Below are positions 37,542-50,419 of a DNA stretch of 64,000 nt, piece by piece. Below the pieces are notes generated by a model, which was not told where the DNA came from, did no database searches, and saw only the letters and a list, made by a program, of their open reading frames with translations. How positions within the stretch are numbered: position 1 is the first letter of the stretch; each line of letters starts with the position of its first letter. Origin of the DNA: Podarcis gaigeae (lineage: Eukaryota); assembly GCA_964106915.2 (NCBI GenBank), contig OZ066916.1. One strand, written 5' to 3'. Position numbers and translations under genes: made by a program.

Positions 37542-39189
37542 GTAAGTTTTCTTATTTCGGCTGTATTTGATTTAAAGCAATGTGAATGTGAAGTGTTTAT
37601 CTTAATAAATATTTTGACAGCTTTTATAGAGACAGCTTTTGCTAAACTTCGTTTTTTGAAAGCTATGCTAGAGTTGTCCCTTTTCAATGTATCATAAATC
37701 TTCACTTTTTAAAGCATTTCCAAAGCTCCACTTTCACAGTCCATTTGAACTTGGATGAATGGAATTTCCCCCCTATTTTAAATATCTATACAATATTCTG
37801 TGACTCCCTCCCTTCTTGAGGATTATGGCTTTCCCTATGAGAGAAGAGGACTAGAGCTTATTTACATATGTTGATCTATTTAAACGTTTTGCACAGCAAG
37901 AGCCTCATTGCTGAATTTTGAGATTGAGCTGGATAAAAGAAACTCTAGCTAGCAGTCAGGGCAACCAGCCAGAACAGTTAAGGGAAAAAAAGGTCATCAA
38001 GCTCTCTTGCATGCTGAGCTAGGCTGTTGTCAGCCAGACCAATGGCCAGATAGCATCACCCATTCCATATTTAACAATCTGGACTGAAGCCTGTATAGGT
38101 ACTTCCAGAGAAATCTGTAACTCTGTGCTGTACACATGACAATATTCCCAGGTCTTTATGGCCTCTGAAACTCTGCTGTGAACATGCAGGGAGGCAATTG
38201 TACATAGTGAGTGGGAATCAGGCCTGCAACTGAATTAGGTAATGAGGCATGGAGAGAAATGAAACATACTTATATGAAGCTGCTGTCTACCAAATCAGAC
38301 CAGATCTCTGTAGTCACAGCCTTGCTATGAGAGCTTTTAAATGAAGATGCCATGACCTGCAGCTCCAGCTTTCTGTGTTCTGAGACACTGTTACTTATCT
38401 ACTGTTCTAGATCTTCTAAGCACTTGATTTTGGAGTTTCAGGTCCATTTAGGATATTATAAATTGGATATCTAAATATTAAAACAGATTGTTTTTGGAAA
38501 GTCTGGGCTTGATTATTCAGTCGATGGAGATATGGGTGCTATATAAAATCTCCACTGATTAAGATTATTTAATCCTAAACACAATTGTTATCCAGAGGGT
38601 CAGGCGGGGGGGGGGGGGGAGAGTTCAAATCATTAATGAAATGTATAGGATTAGTACCTAACACTCTGATCCTAACCCCACTACATGAATATGAGTGCCA
38701 CCCGTTTCAGTGGAAGATGCTTTCAATAAATGTGTTTAGAATTGAGCGGTGCCTCTGTATACTCAGAGCAGAAAGTCCCTCGTCTATTCAGTGGAATATT
38801 AATGATTTGTGGAATCTTGCTTTATGCATAAGCTTCCTGTTCACGCAAGTTAACTATCTGATATAATTAATTATGTGTTCCTCTTGTGAAGCTGAAGCTT
38901 CACCATGTTTGCATAGCCAATATACACTTAGGACCACTTTATCATCGCCTGAGAAGCATGTAGTAACTGTAATTTGAAAAATAATCCATATTAATGTGAA
39001 TGGGCACAGAGCAGTATAAAGCACAAGATATGCTGTGAACAGCCTTCTTGCATTTGAGAGAAGAATCTGATTTACCATTAGCACATACCTGATAAAAATG
39101 CTATTAAAAGAAAAGCCTAATGTTTCCTAAACTGTTCCTTATAAAAAAATACCTCTAATCTAAAAAGCCTACATTGTCATAGGGACACA

Positions 39190-39738
39190 GAGCGCTCCCT
39201 TATACTGAGTCAGATCAACTAGTCCAGGGGTTCCCAGACTGTGGCCCATGGACTACATCTGATCTGCAAGCTTCATTCAGGTGGTCTGCAGCATTATCCT
39301 CATTAAACAGTCATATTAAATTTTAATTGTATTGTTATTGCTTCCTTACTGAAACTGTAATGCAATAAAACACAATGTAAGTTCTACAGAATGCAAACTG
39401 TAATACAATAAAATACAATGTGATAATAATGGAAGCAATATATACAATTAGAAACCATACAGCATTTGTAGCACGGTGCACTGCAGTTGCTACAGTGGGA
39501 AGAAAAATCATTCAGTGGTCCACCAAGACCACCAGCAATTTTCAAGTGGTCCAGGAAAGGTATTCAAACCATGGCACTAGTCCATCTAATTCAGTACTGT
39601 CTACACGGACAGGCAGCAGCTCTCTAAAGTTTCAGATAGGAAGTCTCTCCCATCCCTACCTGGAGATTCCAGGGATTGAACCTGGTACCTTTCTGTATGC
39701 AAGGCAGGTGCTCTACCGATGAGCTTCAGCATTTCCCA
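39190..39738 (-). mobile_element. tRNA-derived SINE with CR1-type tail, split by the hAT MITE
   Basis: gggattgaacctgg B-box and gctctacc..tgagct A-box on the minus strand; the two halves rejoin across the TSD. Confidence 0.7.
39225..39574. mobile_element. hAT MITE nested within a SINE
   Basis: Starts caggggttccc; TSD aactagtc/cactagtc. Confidence 0.75.
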
Positions 39739-41769
39739 GGTAGCATAATTAGGAAGCTGTTGTTAATTCAAAGGAGCATCATAGTATGCCTATGAAGAAC
39801 AGACAGTAATCTCAACCCACACCAATAACTGTGGTACAAGATTTTGATTGCAGAATGATTTTTTTCACTTGCAGAGTGAGGCTCCAATCCTACCCCATTT
39901 ACCAGGGAGTAAGCTCTGCTGAATTCACTGGGATCTTCTTAAGAGTAGCTATGGTTAGGATTGCAGCTAAAACTTTCATATTACAAGCAGACAGACAGTG
40001 ATGACATCCCCTCCCCCAAAAAAATTGATATTAACAACATAATGTCACATGTGATTAATAATAATATATATGATTAGTTTTAAGAATGTGTCTGTAATGT
40101 ATTGCTGAGCTTGAAATATCTAACCATTAGAAACCCTGCCTGGCCATGATTCATGTCAGTCAGCGCTTGTGCCCTTATAGCATTAGGTGCCACTTAAACA
40201 GCCACTGAACATCTATAAAGGAACCAAAGACAACTATCTTTTTTCCATATATTTTTTTTTCCTTTGGCTAGTGAATGCCTAGCAGCAGTAAGATCAATGA
40301 GTCACTGGTTCAGGAATCTGAATTCAACAGTTAAAGGTTCTCCCTGGCAACTGACAAAAGCTCTCCAGCTGCCTCAAAATCCAGGCTGCATACTTGCTGT
40401 AGGGCAAACTTATAAAGCTGCTCAGGTTGCTGCTATCTTAGCCCCACTGTGTGTGTGTGGAAAAATGGCCAGGAAACTCTGTTGTCTCTGCAAGTGGGAG
40501 ATCTAATAAAAACAGAAATGCACATAAGTATCATTTACCCACACACTTTGATTTGCTTATTGCTGTCTTCCCACCCACCCCCTTCAATCATCAGCCACAC
40601 TAACTTAGCTTTGGGGTGGTCAGATTTTTAAAATGCCAGAGATTCTAACTCTGTAAGTGCTCTGAAGAAGGTAGACATTCTGCAGGTGCAGCTTCTCCTG
40701 ACACAGTAGTGTAGTGAAGGGGAAAGTGGCACATGTGGAAGAATGCTGTGCCCTAGGAGTTCTTTAGAGGGAAGAAATTATGCCCCCTTCAGAATGTCAT
40801 CACCTTAGAACATTAACTTCCATGGGGTGGGGGAGAAATTTGATTCAGTTTGCAATTGAAAGTGAATCCAGTTTGCAGTTTCCAAACCAGCATGCAAACT
40901 GAAACCTGACCATAAAATCACATAGCTGGAAATGACTCTAAGGGTCATCTAAGTCCAGCCACCTGCAATGCATGAATCTCAACCACAACATCCAAGACAG
41001 ATGGCCATCCTTTGAAATTCACCCTTCTGCAGCTACACAAGGGGTACAAAAATGCATATTTTAGGGTAAAATGTGCATTAAAATGCATATATTCGTGAAT
41101 GAAAATGTAAAATACATTATACTGGGGGAGCATAAATATTAGGGAATATAGGCTTTGCAAAAACATGTACATTAGACAAAACTGCGCACGCATCTGTATT
41201 ATTAGGAGAACATTGCACTAAAATGCTGGAGAATTATCGCGAGGGTTTTTTAAAGAATCATAAAGTGATGAGGAGAATAGAACTTAAAACTTGGGGGGGG
41301 GGGGGAATGAAAAACAGAGAGAAACCAAACTTGACAGATTAGCCCGTCCCTACTTCCCACACTGCTGATTCAGAGTGCAAGGGAAAGAACGGCGGAGGAG
41401 AAGGCAGATACAAAGGATGAAAGGCAGAACCAGGATGAAACTGCGCTTGCTATTACATAACGAAAAACAAGCTCAGGTCAAGGAAGTGGGGAGGAGAAGA
41501 ACACTCAATGCAATTCTACTCTGTACTTCTTGAAAATGTAACCCCATGTCAGGGGTGGGGAACCCTTTGCAGCCTGAGGGCATTATTATCTCATGAGCAA
41601 CCTTACCGGGGCCACATGCCAGTATAGGTTCGGACCAGAAGGAAAAGTAGGCAAGGCAATTGATTCCTACCTTTTGTAACAGTAGGCGACTTTCCACTCA
41701 TGTAAAATTAAGAGGCTTGCACCTTCTCACACCCACGCCCTTTCATCCAAGTAAGCATAAGTGCAAAAG

Positions 41770-42060
41770 CATCTTCTTGTCACTTTCCACCAGATTTTCA
41801 GGGGCAGGCGTTAAGCTAACCAGCCTGTAACTTTCAGGTTCCATCCTGGTTCCCTTTCTAAAAATTGGTGTTACCTTGGCACAGCTCCAGTCCTCAGGCA
41901 TGGAAGCTGATCTGAGGAACAAGTTACACATCCTTGGTAGAAGACCATATTAGAGCTGTTAAAGAACTCTCGGGTAGATGCCATCCAGAACCAGTGGTTA
42001 GTCAGTTTTTATTTTGTCTGCTAGGCCTAGATCTTCATCTATCACCAACCCTATTTGCCC
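41770..42060 (-). mobile_element. CR1 ORF2 (pre-RT region) relic
   Basis: Track ORF 41743..41931 gives PEDW...VTPIFRKG...YRLVSLT, which resembles the CR1 motif PEDWxxAxVTPIFKKG...NYRPVSLT. Confidence 0.85.
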
Positions 42061-45000
42061 TAGTTTTTCAGACTCCTTTCCTGCAAAAGCACTCAAAGAG
42101 GGTGCAGAGCAGGGCTGGGACCTAGGGAGTGCCCAAGGAACCGGCTATAGATAGGCACAGAGGGTTGTATTTGGCCCTTCAGCTAGCCATTCCCCATCTC
42201 TGGGCTTTACAACGGAGGTGAGGAGGGGAGAATGAAATTAAGCCTGCTTGTCTCACCTCTTCATCCCCACACATAGATGGGCTCTTCTACACAGAATCTG
42301 TGCACATGCAACATTGGAAGGCAGGCCTGTGGGCTCAATTGTTTTCCTCCAAGAACTGCCATTTGCACATGAAATGGAGAAAAGATACAGGTTCGGTCTG
42401 CAGCATTTCAAGTTTGGACTCACAGGTCCTGATTATTCTGCAGATTTTGGCTATGTGTCGTCATCCCCTGCCCCACCGCCCAAAAGATTTTTTTTCCAGG
42501 CATCCACTTAATGAATCTTCATACCGAGTAGGAAGCTATGACGCATTAACAACTAAATCAACCTACCTTAAAGGCAATTAAAACTTTTTTTTAAAGTATA
42601 TAAGGAGAAATTATATAATCACCATACTGAGCAAATACTGTGACTCATAACTATGCCATTTAGAAAGTCAGATATTCAGCTTGGTTCTCTTTCTTCGAGA
42701 ATTTTTCTCTATGGCAACTGATTTGAAGACATCCTTCCTATCACGGAAGAGAGCAGATTTTAGCATCTGATAAATACAGATGATGCCTTGCACGTCTAAA
42801 ACATTCTGTTCTCCTTTATCTGTCATCCTGTTACATATTTTTAAATTGTCTGACAAAGTGATTGCAAGGATGTGTGTACATTTTGCCAAGCTCACCAACT
42901 GTTGCTCCTCTTGTTGTTGAAGCGGGAGTACCACAGGTGCCCCTTCAGCATGGAGAGGCACACATATATATATTGGCTGGATCCTAAGATGTTCAGGAAG
43001 CTAGCATAAAGGAAATTTCTCATACCTCCCACCCTTGAGAAGCCTCTTCAGTAGTTCAAGCTCCCCTCCTGAACAATGTGGGATGGTGCACAATGGAGGG
43101 CCAATGTGGGAGGTGCGAATCTCTCAAAATCAAGCTTTTGTTCTACATAAGTAAGTTTCCAAAAGGAAAGTTCTTTCTCTTTGCAGTCCCCCACAGCCCA
43201 TTCCATACTGTCTCTCCAGAGAGGTCTTTGCGGATTGCTATGCTCAATGCTTTCTTGTCAGAGCTCGTGCAGTGAGGAGGCAAGAAGCCCGGTCCCACTC
43301 AGGCTTGAATCCATGTGCTATATGCAAATCATGCATGAGTAGGACTTAGGAGTAGATGAATATGTTAATTTTGTTTTCTCTCAGCTTCTAGTTTTCCCAG
43401 TATTAAATTCAGTTCTCTACATTTCCACAACAATGTGCAATTTTTAATTAAAAGAAAAAGCCTCATGAAAATGAACCAGCATTTTAGTGTGGATTTTTTA
43501 TAATAAACACTTTTCTTTATGCTGTTGTGGCTAATATTCACATTTTTGCAAGTAGTTCCTCCTAATATAGTGTATTTTTGTATGCTGTGTTCTAAAATAT
43601 ATGATTATGCACACTTTCCCCCACCATGTGCATTTTTGAAAAACCACAACACAAAATTTGGAGAAGTTAACATTTTGAAGGATAGTTGGCTTTGTCTTTC
43701 ATTACGTATATTGGTTTGAGAAGTGCAAATTAGGCAGTTCTCATTAAAATGCAAACAAAACTGAATTTTTCTTACAGCACAATCTTACCCACATTTACTC
43801 ACAGAAAGACTCAGAATTCAGGGGAGAGCACTACTTCCTAATAAGTGAATTTAAGATTGTAGCCACTGTTCCACAATCCTGTTATCTTTGGAAGTGGAAC
43901 CAGTTATGTGTGTAGGGCCAAGTTTGCTACCTGGCATTACTAACAGTAAGATTAATACCTTGGAAACCCAGGAAATCACTTATGTGAGACTTCCTTCATA
44001 AATTTAGGTCTACTATCTCTTAGGAGAATTATGTTTTGCAAGAAGGATCTCACTGAATCCTGCAGAACCCCACAATTCTTTAGAGGTTAATTGGTTTATA
44101 ATTGCTTGCTATGTTCTCATGCCCACATTGTGAATTATGTTGCCACTGCTTGAGGCATCAGAAATCTAATCTCAGATTCAGATTTCTTCTGATAACCTTG
44201 ATCCTAAACTAATTTATACTGGAGCAGGACTCAGATCCAGACTTTGCCATGCTTTGAGTAGAATAGACCCAGTGAAATCCATGGGTGCTGGCCATGATTA
44301 TGTCCCATTTTTCTTAATGTGTGTACCCTAAGAATAATATAGATGCAGCCTAGGATAAGAGTGGTCTAGAGGGGCACATTTAGCTTCCAAGCCTGAGGCT
44401 GCCAATCCCTCATCTATGAGACTTTGGGAGCTTTAATGATCAACCTATTAAAAAACGAGTCTCCCCTGGGGTTGTGTTGACATTTTCAACACTTAAGGCT
44501 CAGCCACACTTTCTTTTGTGTCAGCATTTCTAGGCAAAGGTCTGGACTTTCTAGCCCCATGTCCAAGAAGGTGTGTGTATCCCAGCACTTTCCCTGGGGA
44601 AACTCGTGTTTTACTGCTGAAACACAACAAACAGCAATCAGGGTTTCTGTGGATTGCTGTTTGCTCCAATTCAGCAGTAAAACGGGTTTTCCTGGGGAAA
44701 GCACCAGGACAAAAAAATGAACTGTTCAGACATGGACTAGGAAAGCCTGAACCTATATGTAGAAAGCATACAGCAAAGGTAAGTGTGGGTGAGCCCTTAC
44801 TTTAAACAAAAAACTGGCTTTAATTGGCAAGCAATGTAGCCTGTTCTTAGTGATAGCTGCTATATTCATAGCACATATGTGGGTAGCACAAAGGAATTGG
44901 GTAGTGGTTTGGGCAACTCAGTAAAGGGAAGGAGAAAAGGCAATGCTCTGTATCTGGGAAGTGTATTACAAAGATCAAATAGGAGACGGTGCAATTAATT

Positions 45001-45144
45001 TTGAGTTCATTGTGTCTATAGGAAAGAGACAGCCCAGCCCAGCCAAATTCAATTTGCTTTATTAAGTTGGATGAAATAATGGTTCTTTTAAAACTGTGCC
45101 ATGATTCATTATAAAGTATTAAGCAATTATATTCTATTTTGCAG

Positions 45145-45249
45145 AAGGTCATGCATACGAGGAAGAGGCACATGGAATTGTTTCAGGAATTAAATCAGAA
45201 ATTTCAGACACTAGACAGATTTCGAGATGTACCAAAATCAGGCAGTATG
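45145..45249 (+). CDS. ADGRB3: ADGRB3 coding exon with the ELMO-binding RKR helix: [35 protein letters not shown]
   Basis: ttttgcag acceptor (CAGAAG tandem), gtaagt donor; 105 nt; phase 0-0. Confidence 0.96.
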
Positions 45250-46271
45250 GTAAGTAAACTGTTTTGTTTTGTTTTATTTTGCTATCCTCTTATGTACTTT
45301 TAATCTCTTACCATTTAAGAATTATTGAGAAAGTTGTGAATTTAAGGTAGAGTCATCTCAAAATGAGAACTTATTATTCTCTTTCAGTGAGAATTGCCTA
45401 ATAAGTAGAAAGCTCTCTAGCAGCTAGAACAGGGATGGGAAACTTCAGGCTTAGGGGCCAGGTGTGGCACTTCAGGCAGACCACACCATATTCCAAGCTC
45501 CCCGTTGGTACCCATTAGTACCCTTCCACTACTACTTGAGTACTTTTGCTAAGCTTGACTGTGTCCTTGAACTGTGTCCATGAACCTCTGGCTTCCTGGA
45601 TGAAGAATGTGTATGTCCGGGGGGGGGGGGTCAGCCCTCTGACTAAAGGGCTACAGCTTAAGTAACATAGTAACATCAACTTCCAAATGCATAAAAATCA
45701 TTGCAATCAAATATTTGTATTATATGTTATTGGATGTAAAACAATTGTCTTAAGAATGAATATGTACTGAATATTCAACATTCACAGAAGACCATTTTTT
45801 AATAATTGTATATATTATTCCCTCGTAAAATAGTTTAAAATTACAATTTGGAGTTATAAGAAAAACATTAAATTGAACCTGAAATATGCCAAAGCCTTCC
45901 AACAACATATCTCTTGGCTGTTAATTTAAGACCAGCTGTGGTGATGTGCCTTTATGGAAGTGTTAAAAATAAAGGTTCAATATATAAAAATAGACTATAT
46001 TTCAGGGTTTACTAGCAAGTGCTTTATTAGCTTCTGTGTAAACTTGAAAAGGACGTCATGTTAGAAGAAAAATATTCAGGATTAGAAAGGCCCATTGTTT
46101 GTTTGCTTTTCTGATATGAGACCTTCTTTATAATGAGAAGCTCACACATTTCGTGCCACTATTAGAATTTTATCTGGCTTCCATTATTTTCACAAGCTCT
46201 CTTCTTGCTCCCAGAGAAGGAATGGCAATATATCTACTTAGAATTTTATGGCCATGTACTGAATTGAGTAG

Positions 46272-46273
<2 letters not shown>

Positions 46274-46314
<41 letters not shown>
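46274..46314. repeat. (TTA)n microsatellite
   Basis: Seen directly. Confidence 0.97.
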
Positions 46315-47230
46315 TGGGATCTGATGACTAGTTGTTAAAAGATTTCCCACTTTGCTGCCAATTTTGAAGAGAATTTATGGAAACTAGCTCGTTTCAGTCC
46401 TAAAAAATAATCTTTAAAAGATTAAATATCAGCTTAATCCCTTTGCTCCTATATCAGATCAGCCAAGGCAATGAAAAGTGACATAGACTACACATCCGGC
46501 AGGAACTAAGCTTTGATGAGTCTCCGAGGAAAAGAATCATCTAACTGTTGGGCAACCACCAATAATGGTTCCCTATATTTACCCTCATCATATATTCTTG
46601 GCATGCAGCTACAATGAACAAGACAAGTATCCTTGATTAATCTTAGATACTGTGATGGGGCTGAGGCAAGGAAAGGCTGCTGAGGGCCTTACAAAAGCCA
46701 GCACTGGATAGCGATGTTTCTCATCTGGGAGTTTGGATTACACTTAGCCTCAAGTTGTCACATGCTGTATTTGAGGGACACTTACAGTAGCTATGACAAG
46801 CCTTTAAATCCCACTTTGCAATTGAGAGGAGAGCTTTCAATGTCTTGCATTACAGGGCCCACCACTAACCCAAACACACAGTCAGTTCCCAAGAAGGCTG
46901 TAAAACGGGCAGCTAATCCAATTTGGTGGGAAGTGCTCCTTGTCAAGTTAATTCCTGCTCACCTTTCTAGGAAATTGCAAGTAAATATATAGCTGTCAGA
47001 GATGGTCAGCAAACCTTTGCTTCACTCAGTTCCAACTCTGCTACTGGGAGTTTGTTAGCAGATCTGCTGGCAAGCCTTTCAGTGTGCCGATTGCACGTAA
47101 AAAAGGATGAGAAAACTGGCTGAATTTTGGCCAGTCTGGCACCCTTCAAAGCCATTTTATCTCTCTTGATGTCTGTTTTTACATGTGATCTCTTGAAGGA
47201 TCAAATCGGCAAAGAGGAAGTTTTTAAAAG

Positions 47231-47235
<5 letters not shown>

Positions 47236-47273
<38 letters not shown>
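47236..47273. repeat. (TC)n microsatellite just upstream of the last exon acceptor
   Basis: Seen directly. Confidence 0.97.
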
Positions 47274-47275
<2 letters not shown>

Positions 47276-47312
47276 CCTCCCGCACCCCACCTCATTCCTT
47301 TCATTCCCGCAG

Positions 47313-47504
47313 GAAAATCCAACAGCAGCCAGCAAGGCTCCCTGGGACACTTTCAAAAACACAAGTGACTACCCACATTATACCACAATAAATGTATTAG
47401 ATACAGAAGCAAAAGATGCTTTAGAACTAAGACCATCAGAATGGGAGAAGTGTCTGAACTTGCCTCTAGATGTACAAGAAGGTGATTTTCAAACAGAGGT
47501 TTAA
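47313..47504 (+). CDS. ADGRB3: ADGRB3 last coding exon: [14 protein letters not shown]...[10 protein letters not shown] (class I PDZ-binding motif)
   Basis: ttcccgcag acceptor; TAA stop at 47502-47504; end of track ORF 47127..47504. Confidence 0.97.
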   Translation, partial: ENPTAASKAPWDTFKNTSDYPHYTTINVLDTEAKDALELRPSEWEKCLNLPLDVQEGDFQTEV

Positions 47505-47795
47505 CGAAAGAGGAAACAAACTGAAGCAAAAGCGAGATATAGAACAATTTTGTTTGCACTGACACTCCAGAGACTTGGGAAGCCTGACACGCCAATCTGA
47601 ACATTGTGGCTGAGGCGTGTCAGCACCTTCATGTGCCAAATGTCAGTGGTTTCTTTTCGTATGATATATTCCCACTAGCAAAACTAGTGGAGAGCCCAGG
47701 TGTACAATTCTTACCATCGTGTCTTGTAAGTACCCGTGGAATGGATTTGTAAGGTAAATCTTTATAGATAAACCTCAAGCAACGGTTCATGTTGT

Positions 47796-47935
47796 NNNNN
47801 NNNNNNNNNNNNNNNNNNNNNNNNNNNNNNNNNNNNNNNNNNNNNNNNNNNNNNNNNNNNNNNNNNNNNNNNNNNNNNNNNNNNNNNNNNNNNNNNNNNN
47901 NNNNNNNNNNNNNNNNNNNNNNNNNNNNNNNNNNN
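47796..47935. other. 140-nt N gap inside the 3'UTR
   Basis: Run of 140 N. Confidence 0.99.
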
Positions 47936-47986
47936 TCGTCATTAAATGAATGTCTGTTGAGCTACATTCTTCATTGCTTTAAATGC

Positions 47987-47992
47987 AATAAA
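47987..47992 (+). terminator. Proximal candidate poly(A) signal AATAAA
   Basis: Canonical hexamer in the 3'UTR; ATTAAA is also present at 47941-47946. Confidence 0.5.
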
Positions 47993-48119
47993 GTAATAAT
48001 CTCACTTTTATATGAATAATATATTTCACATCTTTATTACTGCAGTTTTCTCTGGAAAGCTCAGAGTAGCTTCTCCTGCTGCAGCTGTGTATAAAATATT
48101 TAAAATGTTGTATGGTGTA

Positions 48120-48125
48120 AATAAA
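48120..48125 (+). terminator. Distal, likely main poly(A) signal AATAAA
   Basis: Canonical hexamer with upstream TGTA motifs and T/GT-rich sequence downstream of about 48145. Confidence 0.7.
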
Positions 48126-50066
48126 CTTTTGTCTACATATCAGTATTTTCAGTGCATTTTATTTTGGATTTGTTTATCGGAAATTTGCATATTTATAAAG
48201 TTTTCTTAAACAAAACAGAAGCTGAAAATGTATTCAGAATTTTAATAGCATACTGTTATTACTCCTTTGAGACTAATGATTTCTCAAATGTAATAATAGG
48301 TTTGCGTGGCTGTTCTATTTTTCTACTCTATGGAGGCAACACACAATGTAAATTGGCCTTGTAAGAGCATTGCCAAATTAGTTCTACTATATGCAGGTCT
48401 TAAGCTTTTTTATTTAGCTGCAGAAAGACAACTTTTTAGACAAATACTGTTCAACAAACAGAACTTGAGGGAAATGCTTCTCTGGCTCTTACTGCCACCA
48501 CCATACAGTGTAGTTTTGTTATAATTTCTTACTATTATTCTTATTATCAAGATTTATTACCTCCTTCAGTACTGAGGTACATAGCATGACTCTCTGCCAG
48601 AAAAATTAAATAATATATTCCATAAAAGATTCAGTGCTTAAGACGACAGCAAATCATCTTTTAACTTCAATCGGAACTAAGATTTTTTAACCCAGTATTT
48701 TGTATCAATGAATAGTATGTAAAGAAGCCAATACTGAATAAATATATTAGTAAACTGGTCTGCATGGTAAAATAAAACATGCTGATACATGGAAAATGTA
48801 ATGTTGTCTGCCCAATTACATAGCTTAAAACACCTGCCATTCTGCAAGATGTTCTCCATGCTTTTATAGCTTAATTGGACTGAGAAATACCCACCTCTTT
48901 AAGTATTGTAAGTATGCTGCTTGGCTTTTTCTTATGACTAAAAAATTAGTATTGTTTGATTACAACTGTTGCCAGAAGCCAAATGTAAGTCAACAGCAGG
49001 GTTTTCTTTCAGCTGGAATTCAGTTCCGGCACCTCTCAGATGGATCCCAGCACCTCACCATTGCCATTCTAAGAGAATGAGGGAGGTGTTTATAGTAAGT
49101 TCCAGCACCTCATTTTCAAGAACAATAGCACCAGTCAACCGTAACTTGGGGGGAGGGGGCATCGCCTAGGAACTCTGAACAACAGCAGAAACTCCAATTG
49201 CCATAGCTGGTGACTCAGACAGAGTAGTTCCTATGGTTAAAGCACAATCATCAGCAAAGAAAGTGCATAAATGGGTCCAGCAAAGGTACCAGATAGGCCT
49301 CTTGAATATTGCAACATCCAGTGACTGCCTGGGATGGAGGCTTTGATAGATATGGTACCACCTAAGCTTCCCTGTCATGTTGCACGCAGTGCTTTTCAGT
49401 GGAGCAGCTCATGCACTAAGATGCCACTCTTCCAAATGATGTGCAGGCCAAAATTCAGTTACAATCCCGTGATACACAGTTGCTCCAAATGGTTTGTGCA
49501 TACAAGTACATGGATGTAGCCAACACAAAGTTCAAAAATTAGGGTTCTCCCCAGTTCCCAAAATGCCATGGAGGTGAATTATCCCACCATGCTCCCACCT
49601 GGGTGACGCCCCTTTCCGTTGCTGCCCTGCACCTGGCGATTGCTGCCACAGCAGCATCAACTCACAGGACTGCAACTGTGTGGCACTGTGGGCCGTCTCG
49701 TAATGCCATGATTGTCAATACTGAATGGGTCCAGCCCTCAAGCCATGGATTGCCGATGAAGTAGCTCGCTAACCTCTTCGCTAATCATTTAATATGCTGG
49801 CTTTTCCTCTTGAAATATAATAATAATGCACTCATAATACAATCAGCACTTGCAGGGCTTTCTAAAAGCATGTCAGATTACAGAGCTCTCAATTATTTAT
49901 TTGGCTGGCTTAGTGTTAAACCAGAAAATGTACTGTCTTCGGGGACACAAGCATGTTTGCTAAGAGTGTTTGCAGCTGCTGTTTTTCACATGGAGCAATG
50001 TAGGATGAGTCAGGCTTGGAAGGGGGGAATGGAAAAGTACTGTGTTTTATGAGTAGTTGTATGTGA

Positions 50067-50419
50067 GGGACATGGGTGGCACTGTGGGTTAAACCACAGA
50101 GCCTAGGACTTGCCGATCAAAAGGTCGGCGGTTCGAATCCCAGTGACGGGGTGAGCTCCCATTGCTCGGTCCCTGCTCCTGCCAACCTAGCAGTTCGAAA
50201 GCACGTCAAAGTGCAAGTAGATAAATAGGTACCACTCCGACGGGAAGGTAAACGGCGTTTCCGTGTGCTGCTCTGGTTCGCCAGAAGCGGCTTAGTTATG
50301 CTGGCCACATGACCCGGAAGCTGTATGCCGGCTCCCTCGCCCAATAAAGCGAGATGAGCGCCGCAACCCCAGAGTTGGCCACGACTGGATCTAATGGTCA
50401 GGGGTCCCTTTACCTTTAC
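50067..50419 (+). mobile_element. Full-length Sauria SINE (Squam1 type)
   Basis: tRNA-like head with ggttcgaatcc B-box, gccaacctagcagttcgaaagca core and (cctttac) tail. Confidence 0.92.

Larger units (their letters stand above)
47505..48145 (+). other. ADGRB3: ADGRB3 3'UTR (3' end approximate; interrupted by the N gap at 47796-47935)
   Basis: Follows the stop codon; AT-rich and repeat-free; ends after AATAAA with a downstream T/GT-rich region. Confidence 0.75.

Noticed and set aside
50067-50150. tRNA gene (A/B-box-like sequence)
   Set aside because: It is the head of a full-length Sauria SINE.
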